Shown: positions 12,126 through 23,187 of the stretch, one piece after another
Position numbering within the stretch: the stretch's first letter is position 1
How the letters are laid out: every line of letters starts with the position of its first letter
Assembly (NCBI RefSeq): GCF_039654945.1
Contig: NW_027361775.1
Location: 11,966,001-12,030,000, forward strand
Direction: 5' to 3'
Length of the DNA stretch: 64,000 nt
Origin: Dendrobates tinctorius
Taxonomy: Eukaryota
Made by a program: the position numbers and the translations under genes
The notes under the pieces: model-generated
What the model was told of the DNA's origin: nothing
Database searches by the model: none
What the model saw: only the letters and a program-made list of their open reading frames with translations

Positions 12126-15100
12126 GTACCCCGTCTTCTACGAGGGACCCCAGGGCCCTCAAGACTCATAGGACCCGGCTTGTCCGGATGACGACGGTGA
12201 AAAGAACTGACCAGCCGATCCGCATGTATGTCTGAGGCTGGAACCCAAGACCTCTCCTCTGGACCATACCCCCGCCAGTGCACCAAATACTGAAGAGTAC
12301 GGCGTACTACTCGAGAGTCCACTACCTTGGCGACCTCGAACTCTAACTCGCCATCCACCATGACTGGAGGTGGCATCGGCGTCGTGTCCACCAAGCCTAC
12401 CACCTTTTTCAATAAAGCCCTGTGAAACACGTTGTGTATCTTGTACACCGCGGGAAGTTCCAACCGATAAGCTACTGGGTTAATGATGGCAGAAATCCTA
12501 AAAGGCCCAATAAACCTTGGACCCAGTTTTAAAGAAGGGATTTTGAGTTTTATGTTCTTAGTAGCTAACCACACCCATTCACCCACACACAGGTCCGGAC
12601 CTGGCACGCGTCTACTGTCAGCCACCCGTTTGTACCTGGCACTCATGCTCAACAAACGCTGTTTCACCCGCCTCCAGACTGATGACAATTGGGCTCCTAG
12701 CTGATCCTCCTCCGGGACACCCCCGGAGTCACCCTGACGTAAGGTACAAAACTGAGGATGTTGACCGTACACACAAAAGAATGGAGACTCTCCTGATGAC
12801 TCTTGGCGGTGATTATTTAATGCGAATTCGGCCAGAGGAAGGAAAGTAGACCACTCCTCCTGGTTGTCGGACACAAAGCATCGTAAATACTGTTCTAGAT
12901 TTTGGTTCATGCGCTCAGTTTGTCCATTAGACTGTGGATGAAACGCCGATGAATGTGACAACTTGATCCCCAACCTTGAGCAAAAAGCTTTCCAAAACCT
13001 CGCCACAAATTGCGTACCCCTATCAGATACTATGTCAGACGGTACTCCGTGGAGTCTGACCACCTCCTTCACAAATACCTGAGCCAACGTCTTAGCATTG
13101 GGCAAAGAGGACAACGCCACAAAATGCGCCATCTTTGAAAAACGGTCAACCACCACCAGGATGACCGTGTTCCCTGCCGAGGCTGGCAAGTCAGTGATAA
13201 AATCCATGGAGATTTCTGTCCATGGCCTATTGGGTACCCCCAGAGGCTGTAGCGTGCCAGCAGGACGGGTTTGGGGTGACTTAGCCCTAGCGCACGTGAT
13301 GCAAGCTGCCACGTACGAGACCACGTCCTGCCGGATTTTGGGCCACCAGAAATGACGCGATACCAGCTCTAAGGTGCCCTTCACCCCTGGGTGACCAGCC
13401 AGTACCGAATCGTGGTGTTCCTTCAACACCTTAGGCCGAAGATGCAGGGGTACAAATGATTTGTTGGCGGGAAGTGCTGGTGGTACCTCCTCTTGGGCCT
13501 CGGCAATCTCCGCCTCTACCTCAGTCGTGAGAGCCGAGACCACTACCCCTTTCTGGAGGATGGGTACCGGCTCTTCCCGAGGTTCTCCCCCCGGAAAACA
13601 CCTAGACAAAGCATCCGCCTTGGTGTTTTTAGCCCCGGGACGGTACGTCACAAGAAAATTGAAACGAGTAAAAAACAATGCCCAGCGAGCCTGCCTAGGA
13701 GACAGACGCTTGGCCGACTCCAGGTAGAGCAGATTCTTATGGTCGGTGATAACTGTGACCTGGTGAGCCGCCCCCTCCAAGAAGTGTCACCATTCCTCAA
13801 AAGCCAGTTTGATGGCCAACAACTCCCTGTTGCCGATATCATAATTCCGTTCGGCCGGCGACAACTTCTTGGAGAAGTAGGCGCATGGATGCATCTCGCT
13901 CAAGGACGAGCCTTGAGACAGTACTGCCCCCACTCCCACCTCCGACGCATCAACCTCTACCACAAAAGGTTTAGACACGTCTGGTTGCACCAGAATGGGG
14001 GCTGAAGCAAAACTATTCTTCAGACGCTCAAATGCACGTATAGCCACCTCAGGCCAGATCGGCACCCTTTTTTGTCATGTCCGTGAGCGGTTTGGCGACA
14101 GTCGAAAAGTGTTTTATAAATTTCCTATAATAATTCGCAAACCCAAGGAACCGCTGGAGTGCTTTCAGACTCTCCGGCCTCTCCCATTGCAACACCGCTT
14201 GCACCTTAGCGGTGTCCATTTTAAAACCAGCTGCGGACACAATATATCCCAAAAAGGGCAACTCCTGGACAAAAAATAAACATTTTTCCAGCTTAGCATA
14301 GAGCTTATTCTCACGGAGCAGCTGTAACACCTGCCTGACATGCTCTAAATGAGTGTCCCGATCGCTAGAATAAATGAGGATATCATCCAGGTATACAATC
14401 ACAAATCTCCCCAGGACATGAGCAAAGACATCATTAATAAAATGTTGGAAAACGGCAGGCGCGGTGGTCAACCCAAACGGCATAACCAGACTCTCAAAAT
14501 GACCCTCAGGAGTGTTAAACGCCGTCTTCCACTCATCCCCCTGATGGACCCTTATGAGGTTTTACGCCCCCCTGAGGTCCAGCTTGGAAAACCATTTTGC
14601 CCCCGCTACCTGGTTGAACAAATCCGGGATCAACGGCATTGGGTAGGGATCACGGATAGTAATCTGGTTTAACTCTCGGAAATCCAGACACGGGCGTAAC
14701 CCCCCATCTTTCTTCTTAATGAAGAAAAACCCCGCGGCTACAGGCGAGGATGAAGGCCGGATGTGACCTTTGCTCAGACTCTCCGCGATGTAGTCTTTCA
14801 GAGCTTGTCTCTCAGGACCAGAAATATTAAACATCCTGGCCTTAGGTAATTTGGCCCCGGGTTTTAACCTAATAGCACAGTCATAGGCTCTATGTGGAGG
14901 CAGTTCTGAGCAACCCTTCTCAGAGAAAACATCCGCGAAATCCTGCAAAGCCTCTGGCAGGCTGGGCGTCACGGCGGACACACATGTGGCCAAGCAATTG
15001 TCTTGGCAGAAACCACTCCATTGTACTATGTCCTGAGTTTTCCAATCAATTACCGGGTTGTGCCTGGACAGCCATGGAAAACCCAGGACCATTTGAGCTG

Positions 15101-15422
15101 GGAGATTACGGAGGACCCTACATGTAACCGACTCAGAATGTAGGACCCCAATGTGGAGTTTCACCTCTGCCACAAACTCAGTAATCTCCCCTTGAGGGAG
15201 GGGAACAGCATTAATGGTCACCACCTGTATGGGGTGAGGAAGTTTTTCAATCTTAAACCCGGCGGTGTGTGCAAACTCCTCATCTATGAGATTGGTGGCG
15301 GAACCGCTATCCACAAACACTGATATAGGTAGCTCTCTGCCGGCGACAATAACCTTGGCAGGGAGCATACATTGAGATACCATCATGGAGGATATGCATA
15401 CGCTCAGTTGGGTCTCCTCCAT
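12077..15422 (-). pseudogene. pol: Gypsy pol (protease, RT, RNase H, integrase, chromodomain) with three lesions
   Basis: VDSGS protease, [22 protein letters not shown] RNase H, GHPG..CITC and MDFITDLP integrase, GPF, chromodomain YLVHWRGYGPEERSW. Stops at 14562 and 13787, frameshift in the T-run near 14067. Confidence 0.96.
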
Positions 15423-15446
15423 ACCCTCTGAGCTTAACAGTTTTCC
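15385..15446 (-). promoter_or_regulatory. -1 ribosomal frameshift signal (G GAA AAC plus pseudoknot)
   Basis: Slippery heptamer just before the gag stop; pol is in the -1 frame and open across the junction; stem 1 GCTCAG(A)GGGT/ACCC(AA)CTGAGC, stem 2 ATGGAGGA/TCCTCCAT. Confidence 0.8.
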
Positions 15447-16285
15447 GCCGGTGTGACCCTCTTAGGTAGTACCGGGCAAACGTTAACATAATGACCTCCT
15501 TTACCACAGTAGAAACATGCTCCGGACTTCCGGACTCCCGGAGCGCGAGGCTGAACCTGTGCCACGCCAGCAATCTGCATAGGTTCATGGGACTCATCTA
15601 CTTCAACCACACCTGCACCTCTGTTTTCCCCCAGAGGTAGCGTCTCCTGTGCCCCCTGACGAAAACGGCGATCAATACGTATCACCAAACTCATGGCAGA
15701 CTCCAATGATGCCGGAGTCTCATACATCAGGAGGGCTTGTTTCACCCTCCCTGATACCCCATGAATAAACTGGCTCCGCAGTGCTGGGTCATTCCACTGT
15801 GTGTCTACAGCCCAGAGGCGAAATTCCGAACAATAGTCTTCTGCCAAGCGCTCCCCCTGGCGGAGGGCGCGGATTCTAGATTCCGCTAGAGCCAGTCGGT
15901 CAGGGTCATCGTAAATGAGCCCGAGGGCAGAAAAAACATTATCGACCGAATGAAATGTAGCAGAGTCAGGTGGTAAGGAAAATGCCCATGCTTGGGGGTC
16001 ACCACTCAGTAATGACAACACCAGCCCTACTCGCTGGGCCTCATTACCTGAGGATATTGGCCGCATGCGGAAGTATAATTTGCAGGCCTCCCGAAATACG
16101 ACAAATTTGCTGCGAACGCCTGAAAATCGTTCTGGCAGCGGAAACTTCGGCTCTGCACCGATACCTGCAGATGCCGTTTGCACCTTTGCTGCTACCAGTC
16201 CCTGCTGCTGAACTGCCCCATTCAACTCAGAGACCTGTATGGACAGCGCCGCCAACTGGCGGGTTATGGAATCTAATGGATCCAT
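15434..16285 (-). CDS. gag: Gypsy Gag (sushi/PEG10-like capsid plus CCHC zinc knuckle), intact ORF
   Basis: 283-aa ORF with LPERFSG, LRQG..AEDYCSEFR and CFYCGKGGHYVNVC. Confidence 0.93.
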   Translation of the reverse strand: MDPLDSITRQLAALSIQVSELNGAVQQQGLVAAKVQTASAGIGAEPKFPLPERFSGVRSKFVVFREACKLYFRMRPISSGNEAQRVGLVLSLLSGDPQAWAFSLPPDSATFHSVDNVFSALGLIYDDPDRLALAESRIRALRQGERLAEDYCSEFRLWAVDTQWNDPALRSQFIHGVSGRVKQALLMYETPASLESAMSLVIRIDRRFRQGAQETLPLGENRGAGVVEVDESHEPMQIAGVAQVQPRAPGVRKSGACFYCGKGGHYVNVCPVLPKRVTPAENC

Positions 16286-16305
16286 GGACTCCTGAAAAAA
16301 TGTGG

Positions 16306-16315
16306 GCCGATTATA
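16306..16315 (-). promoter_or_regulatory. Self-priming PBS of the Gypsy element
   Basis: TATAATCGGC, 1 nt after the 5' LTR, is perfectly complementary to GCCGATTATA in the LTR (16735-16726); no tRNA-type TGG. Confidence 0.8.
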
Positions 16316-16316
16316 A

Positions 16317-16920
16317 TGTCACGGGGGCTTAGTTCAACTAAGGCTGAAATACCCGGGGCCCCTGTGGTGTCCCTTTACTAGGGGAAACCCTGTCTGACCC
16401 TCAACCCAGGGTTTTTGCTGAAGGTGCAAATGCCTGAGCCTCCGACCTTTCCTTATCTCCTGCTCAGCCCTGCACTTAACCCTCCACCCTCCACCCAGTG
16501 AGAAGTCACCACCAAAGCTCCCACACAAATAATGACAGACAGGGAGAACTTAAACTGCACTGCGCCGCACACACACAGGAATAAACAGTAATGTGAACAG
16601 GGCACAACTAAACACAAATATGGGAAGGAGAAAGGATAACGACGGATCATACGACACCAGATATGAATCTCTCTCTCTTGAACACCTCCACTCCAGACCG
16701 GAACCACTTGGTATGAAACACAAGCTATAATCGGCGACGCCCATATGCCAGTATGACTATTTAAAGACCGTGGGCGTGACTAACCATCCAACCTGGTCTC
16801 CAGCAGGATTAACCCCCGAGAGCCTGAAGATCAGGCCGGCGCCACTGAGGCTATAGTGGCTGGAGGTGGAACTACCTCTGCCTGCCGGATGCTGTGGTGT
16901 GAACAGCGTCCGACATGACA
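16317..16920 (-). repeat. Gypsy 5' LTR
   Basis: Direct repeat of 11522-12125; TATA-like TTTAAATA on the minus strand at 16765-16758. Confidence 0.98.
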
Positions 16921-19900
16921 GTCAGCTGGACTTGGAAGGGGCCGTCAACTCGTGGGTCCAGGCTCCTTCTTACGTGTCTGCGTATAACCACCCAATCACC
17001 TGGATTCAGCTGATGCACATCTGCACTGGCATTAGGATCTGGAAAGGATGAGAACACATGTTTATGCACCACATTAAGTCTTTCCTGCAAGGCCTGGACG
17101 TAGGCTGTCATAGAGCCGTGTTGCATTTGTAGCACCTGTGGGAAATAAAGACCAGTCTTTGGTGCACTACCAAACAGGACTTCAAAGGGAGACAAGCCTG
17201 TCTTTATATTTGGAGTATGTCTGACTGAAAAGAGTGCAAGAGGCAAGCACTCTACCCAGCTCTTTCCTGTGTCTGCCATGGCCTTTTGATTTTTTCAGTT
17301 TAAGTGTCCCATTTAGTCTTTCCACTTTCCCACTACTTTGTGGCCTATATGGTGTATGAAATGCTTGCTGTACACCCAGGGCCTGCATGACTTCCCTCAT
17401 TATTTCTCCTGTGAAATGTGTACCCCTAACGCTTTCTATGGTTTCTGGAACACCATACCTGCAGATCAGTTCTTTCATCAGTTTGTCTGCAGTTGTTTTA
17501 GCATTTGCATATTTTACCGGATAGGCTTCCGGCCAACCAGAGAAGAGATCTACACATACTAGGATATTTGCATACACTCCTACCTTAGGTAACTGTATGT
17601 AGTCATTCTGCAGTCTCTGAAACGGGTAGAGAGGCCTAGGTGTCGCTTTCTTAGGGACTTTTACTGTTTTACCTGGGTTGTGCTGTGCACAGATGAGGCA
17701 TGATTGTGCAAGTTTTGCGGCTGTGTAACTGAAACCAGGAGCTATCCAGAAGGCATCCACCATGGCACACATGTGACTTTTTGAGGTGTGAGTAGGGACA
17801 CGTGTTGCTTGCGCCATAATCGGAAACAGGGACTTTGGTAGGCACAACTTATCCTTATTCTCCCATACTCCGTTCGAGTTCAGCTCAGCTCCCAGTCTCC
17901 CCCGGTGTACCTTCTCTGTTTTGGCAGCCTGTTGCTGGAGAGATTTCAGGACATCTAGGCTCAGTGTGGCTGGAATACGCTGACTCCCCGCCACCATCAA
18001 CTGCTCTCTAGGCCGCCTTGCTGCTACTTTAGCAGCCTTGTCTGCCCTTCTGTTGCCCTCTACCTCCACGGAGTCACCTTTTGTGTGTGCTTTTACCTTG
18101 ACAATGCCAACCTAGACTGGTAACATCAATGCCTCCATTAATTGTTTCACCAGCTCTGCATTTTTAATGGGCTTCGAATCTGTGAAAATATTAGTGACTT
18201 TACCTGCAGCGGCTCTACATGCCTCAGTGAGTGCCTTCAACTCAGGCTCCTGTGCCGACATTTGAGGAGGGAGTGGTTCAGCTCAGATTACCTCATGTGA
18301 GGATACTACTGCATATCCAGTGTAGAATCATTCATCCTGGTGGTATCTGTAGCCAGCTACAAAAAAACTCAAAATCTGCATTAGGAACAGTTCTATGCAG
18401 TCATGATCATGCGTCGTGTCAAAGTATACTTCCTCACTTGCTAATACGGTCACCAATTCCCCCTTTTCTGAATCCACAGGCAAGAGTGTGGCTGGATTCA
18501 GAATGTTACATCTTTTGAGGGTGGCATACTCAGGAATTAGTAGAGCACATGCAAGTCAGAGCTGTCTGGCCATAGACAGATGTTTTGGTTGAACTTGTAC
18601 GAGTATGGAATGGATGTCATATGGGGAATAAATTGTCAAAGGAGTGAGATCATAAGGGTCTGGTGACAAACAGTCATAAAGTGGTTGCAACATTTGTGAA
18701 ACAGGCTTTATCCAAGGCCTACAGTAGGTCACTAAGCCTAGGAAAGTGCGTAGATGCTGATGTGACATGTGCAGAGGGAGATTTTGAATTGCCTGTTTCC
18801 TGTCTTCAGTCAGGTGTCTGGTACCTTCGGCAATATAATGTCCCAAAAATGTCACCTTTTGTTTGCAATACTGTAATTTGTCACGTGAGACCTTGCAACC
18901 CTTTTCTGATAAAAAAAAAAGCATAGCAAGGAAACTGGAGCTTCCCTGCAGGACCTCTGGTCAAGGCAGAACAGCAAAAGGTCATCCACGTACTGTAATA
19001 GAACAATCTGCGGATGAGATGATTGCCACTACTCAAGGATCCCTGCCATTACTGCTCAATAGATGTCAGGGGATTTCTTTCCCCCTTTGTGGGAGGACTG
19101 TCCAACAATATTGTTTACCTTTATGAGTAAAGGAAAAAGATACTGACAGTCAGAGTGCAGGGGTACAGAGAAAAATGCACCTGCTATATCACTGACTATA
19201 AAACATTTTGACATCACTGGGATCTGTCACAGTATTGTGTGTGGATCAGGGACGATTGAGGTCACACTCTCTGTAACATCATTAATAGCCCTTAAGTCAT
19301 GAACCTTTCTGTAAGTGTCAGCAAACCCTTGCGTCCCTTTTCCTTAATGGGATACAAAGGGGTGTTGCAGGAGGATGATCTATGCACTAGAACCCCTGCC
19401 TTAACATACTCTCTAATATCTCTGCTTGGGGCCATTGATTTGGCTAGGCTCAAGGGGTATTGCTTTAAACAAGGAGGAGTGGTTCCTTTTTCCAATTTAA
19501 TGATAACGGGGGAATGGGCAGCCGACCCACATCAGTTTTTCCCCTTGCCCAAACAGTGTCTGGCACCTGTCCCATTTCCTCATCCTCAGGCATTTTGGTG
19601 TCAGGTGTTTGTTTCACCGCTTTTGTCATATACATCATTGCCGCAATCTTACACAAATGTTTATCTGAAAGAGGACTTGTGACTGTAATACCCTCAGGAA
19701 AGTACTGTACGGTGGCCTGGATCGCACTCAGCACATCTGCTCCCAGTAAATTCATAGGGGTATTGTCATTAACAATAAGTTTTGTAAGCACCTCTTGGCT
19801 ATCTTGTAATTTTAGTCTTATTTGTTTAGTCATAAGGGCTTCTGTCACTTGCCCCTCTACCCCCACACATTCCACTGTCTCATTAGTAATCATATCAAAT

Positions 19901-20048
19901 CTTTGTGTACCACAGTCCCAGCTGCCCCAGTGTCTATCAAAAATTCTGCCTCTTTCTCTCCCGGCATTGTTATGGTGGTCATCAAGGCAGGACCAGGTCC
20001 GGAGGGGACAAGAACAGGGCACACATTTGTCACTGGGTTGCCAGTTTC

Positions 20049-21316
20049 CTAGTCTGTATGTGGAGGAGGAGGAAGATTGGTCTGCTTACTCTCCTTTATA
20101 GGGTTTTTGCAATGGCTGGCGTAGTGCCCATTCGCACCACAATTCCAGCACCTCACTGTTTCTATGTCCCTAGGTCCCTTGCTACATCTCCACTATTTTC
20201 CTTGTGTTCCAGCATACATGACAGGAAGTCTTATTGTCCTTGTTTGCTCAACTTCTTTAGCTACCTTAAGGAGGTCTTTCGGATCTACATATCTCCATTC
20301 AGGTCTGGCTGCCTGAACTGCGTCTCCTAAGTCTTTGTTCATACTGTCAATGAATGCATTCACCAGCATTCTAACATCAAGTGGGATTATGCAAATGTAC
20401 CCCATGTCTGCCCATTTCAGCTGTAACTGTCCAAAGTACATCTCTACACTCCCTCCTCTTTGCTGTGTCACATTAGTCAGGAGTCCAGACTTCTCTGATT
20501 GTTCCATTGTAGCCCACTGTTTTAGTGACTCACAGTATGTCTCCCCAGACTGTGCAGATTTATCATCCATGCCCCAAGCCAGATTCCTTGCCACATCTGT
20601 ATGTGTCTTAATTATATGTCCTAGTACGTCACCTGCCTTTAAACTCACCAACCTCTCTAGGTCTGCCCAGGTACACTTATATGTCTGCTGTACTTCCTTT
20701 ATGTTTATGCAAAACGGGAATGGTTGGTCTTCAGAGTCAGGCAACTGCTTCAACAAAGCTAGCTGGTCAGAGGGGCTCCAGGGATAATACACCTGCATCT
20801 TTCTTATTCTAGTCGCCCTTCTAGGTCCTGATGCGGTTGGTCATCTGATGTCTACTGTCAGCTTACTCCTCAAAGGTAAATGTCCCCACTACCCACTAAA
20901 CACACTATTATGTCACTTCATATGATCTTGTCTGGACAGGATTTAGTGCAACTCGCTTAGGTCAGTAGCACAGGTCACACAAGTAGCTATTCAGTCTGGG
21001 TTTGTCTGAGTCTGATCACAGTGTTTACAAGTCCATCTGTTTTGTCTGGGTCTCTGGTTAAATTTTGTCAATCAAAACATTCATAATACACCTTCCATAC
21101 TGCTGCACATTCTCAGACACCATTTATTCACTTGCTATTTTCTTCCCTTGTCTGTGCCTTTTTGTACATCCAAACATTCACACTCTGGTATTTTTGCCTT
21201 TTTCAATATTGGTCCCACTTATTTTACTGCTTCCTTTCTTCTCTTTCTTTTACAATCTGCATAGCTGTCTTGGATCACATTGTGGGCACCGACCGTATAC
21301 AGAAAAAGTTGCCCAT
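20049..21316 (-). pseudogene. gag: ERV gag pseudogene (MA, C4 zinc finger, CA, NC)
   Basis: GCCATGG start giving MGNFF (myristoylation-type) at 21316; capsid-like ORF 20193-20798; NC CWNCGANGHYASHC; amber TAG at 20051-20049 in frame with the protease. Confidence 0.88.
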
Positions 21317-23165
21317 GGCTTCAACCTTTTTCTCCCAACAGCTCACCTTTATTCTGAAATGCCCTTCTAGTGTGCCTAACCTTATCTACGGGCGGCCACA
21401 CGTAGCAACTCAGAGCGAGCCTGCCAAGGTGTAGCGGGAAGGCTCCTTGCCTCTCACCCGGTAGACCTACAGGATGTAACGAGAAGGCTCTCTGCCTCTC
21501 ACCCATTAGATCAGCTGGCTAGAATAGGAATAGGCCTTTTTCCTTCCAGCCCAGCTCCATGGATTGTGGGAAGTCTGCTTCAACTTAGACAGCTCATCTC
21601 TCTTCTGAAATGCCCTTCTGTCTGTCTGGACCTCTGTCCTACAGCCCACACATAGCATGTCAGAGTGAGCCTGTCAATGAGTATCCAGAAGGCTCCTTGC
21701 CTTCGCCTCTCACCCACAACAAAAAAAACTCCCTGACTAAAGTAAGAAGGCCCAGGTGTGATAGGCCTCTAACCTACTTTATCAGTCATATAGTCAGTTA
21801 CCTCCTCTGTTGATCCACAATTTGCTATACAAATCAATCGCACAACTAGAAGCAGGTTCAAACACATTTATGACCAAACAATCACTTACAGTGTCCAAAC
21901 AATCACTTATGATTTCCTTCTAAATTAGGCACCATATTTTACTTTCATCTTCAACTTACAAATTTCATTCCACTTCAATTAAGTACTGTTGCTTTAAAAT
22001 GCACAAATCTAATAGCAAGTATTTCACCAAGGACACCCACAGAGAATCTTGAACGCCTCTCCGTGCCTCCTCCTATTAGACACTCAGCAGAGGAGAAGAG
22101 AAATCGCATCGCGCAGCGGCATCATTCCCCCTCCCATCAGAATGTAGTGTCCTCCATAAAGTAACAGAATGCCATAGCTCTTTAGACTTAATCAAAATCA
22201 TTTTCTACAAGGAAAACTCAAAATCACAGGATTTCACTGTAAGAGCAGATAACTGTATAATGTGATTAACCGAGTCTTGCCCTTTTTCTGGCCAAATGCA
22301 TTTAGGAAACTTTACAATGTAATGTCAGATATAACACGAGCTATATCATTACTCAATTCATTCAGTCTCAGATGTAGATTTGAAATATCTATAATGCATC
22401 TGTCCGGGATCTCCCACAAACCTAGAAAGGTAACAATCTCTTGACTTTGACACAAAATGATGTGTGATGATTCATTCATACGTGCTCATTCAGGGATTTT
22501 TTCCTTTCACTTTCCAGTGGTCATTTGATTTTACAAAGAGAAGATAACAAAAATCCCTTATACTCAATTACTCCTCTCTCATCTCATTCAGAGGTTCTCA
22601 TAGACATACATACAAGGATTCACACAGCCCGCCTATCTTGCGCTTTGGATTTGACACCTTAACCCCTACAGCAGTGTCCACTGACACTCTGAGAACTCTG
22701 AGAACACCAAAGCCAACTTCTTAAACAACAAGAATCAATGAAAACCAAACCAGCCAAAAACCATAGCCCTATACAAAATACAGCCTCATATGATTTACTG
22801 CCAATCCAAAATCACACTGCACAGAGTCTATCCCAGGCTTTGTGCTACACAGTACACCAGTACACAACCAGTTAGTATATTAGTATATTGCCAGAACAGA
22901 TTAACAGATAATACAGATGACAATTATTATCTTATTACTCTATTATTCAACTCTCATACGGACATATTCACCACTCACTGGTTATGTGGGTTCTTTTGAA
23001 CCGTGTTGTACAGTCTTACCCAGAGATATGTAGGCATCCTTAGAGAGGCTGCAGATGCAGAATCAATGTAAGAATAAATGTTCTCACCTGCTGCAGCCTG
23101 GATTCTGCATATTAAACCTCCCAGGAAGCTCCCACATACGGATTCCGAATAGGCTGGTTTCCACG

Positions 23166-23183
23166 GTCCCCGTTGGGCGTCAA
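23166..23183 (-). promoter_or_regulatory. ERV primer binding site, tRNA-Lys(1,2)-like
   Basis: TGACGCCCAACGGGGAC a few nt after the 5' LTR, compared with canonical TGGCGCCCAACGTGGGGC. Confidence 0.75.
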
Positions 23184-23187
23184 AAAC

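Larger units (their letters stand above)
11522..16920 (-). mobile_element. Ty3/Gypsy chromovirus LTR retrotransposon (Tf1/sushi type), full length, recent
   Basis: 604-bp TG...CA LTRs, 5-bp TSD GTCAG (11517-11521, 16921-16925), gag plus PR-RT-RH-IN-chromodomain. Confidence 0.98.
11432..20048 (-). pseudogene. pol: ERV pol pseudogene (PR-RT-RNaseH-IN), split by the Gypsy element (16921-20048 and 11432-11521)
   Basis: Protease FLIDTGA, RT QYVDDLL (about 18975-18995), RNase H GNRRADKAAK, IN HHCC and DYIQLP/PQSSGKVER, C-terminal GPF...LEGKSTWNHASHCKK. Many frameshifts and deletions. Confidence 0.95.

Noticed and set aside
16872-17279. ORF joining the ERV integrase C-terminus to VMSDAVHTTASGRQR
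   Set aside because: Read-through into the inserted Gypsy LTR rather than a real fusion gene; upstream pol is frameshifted.
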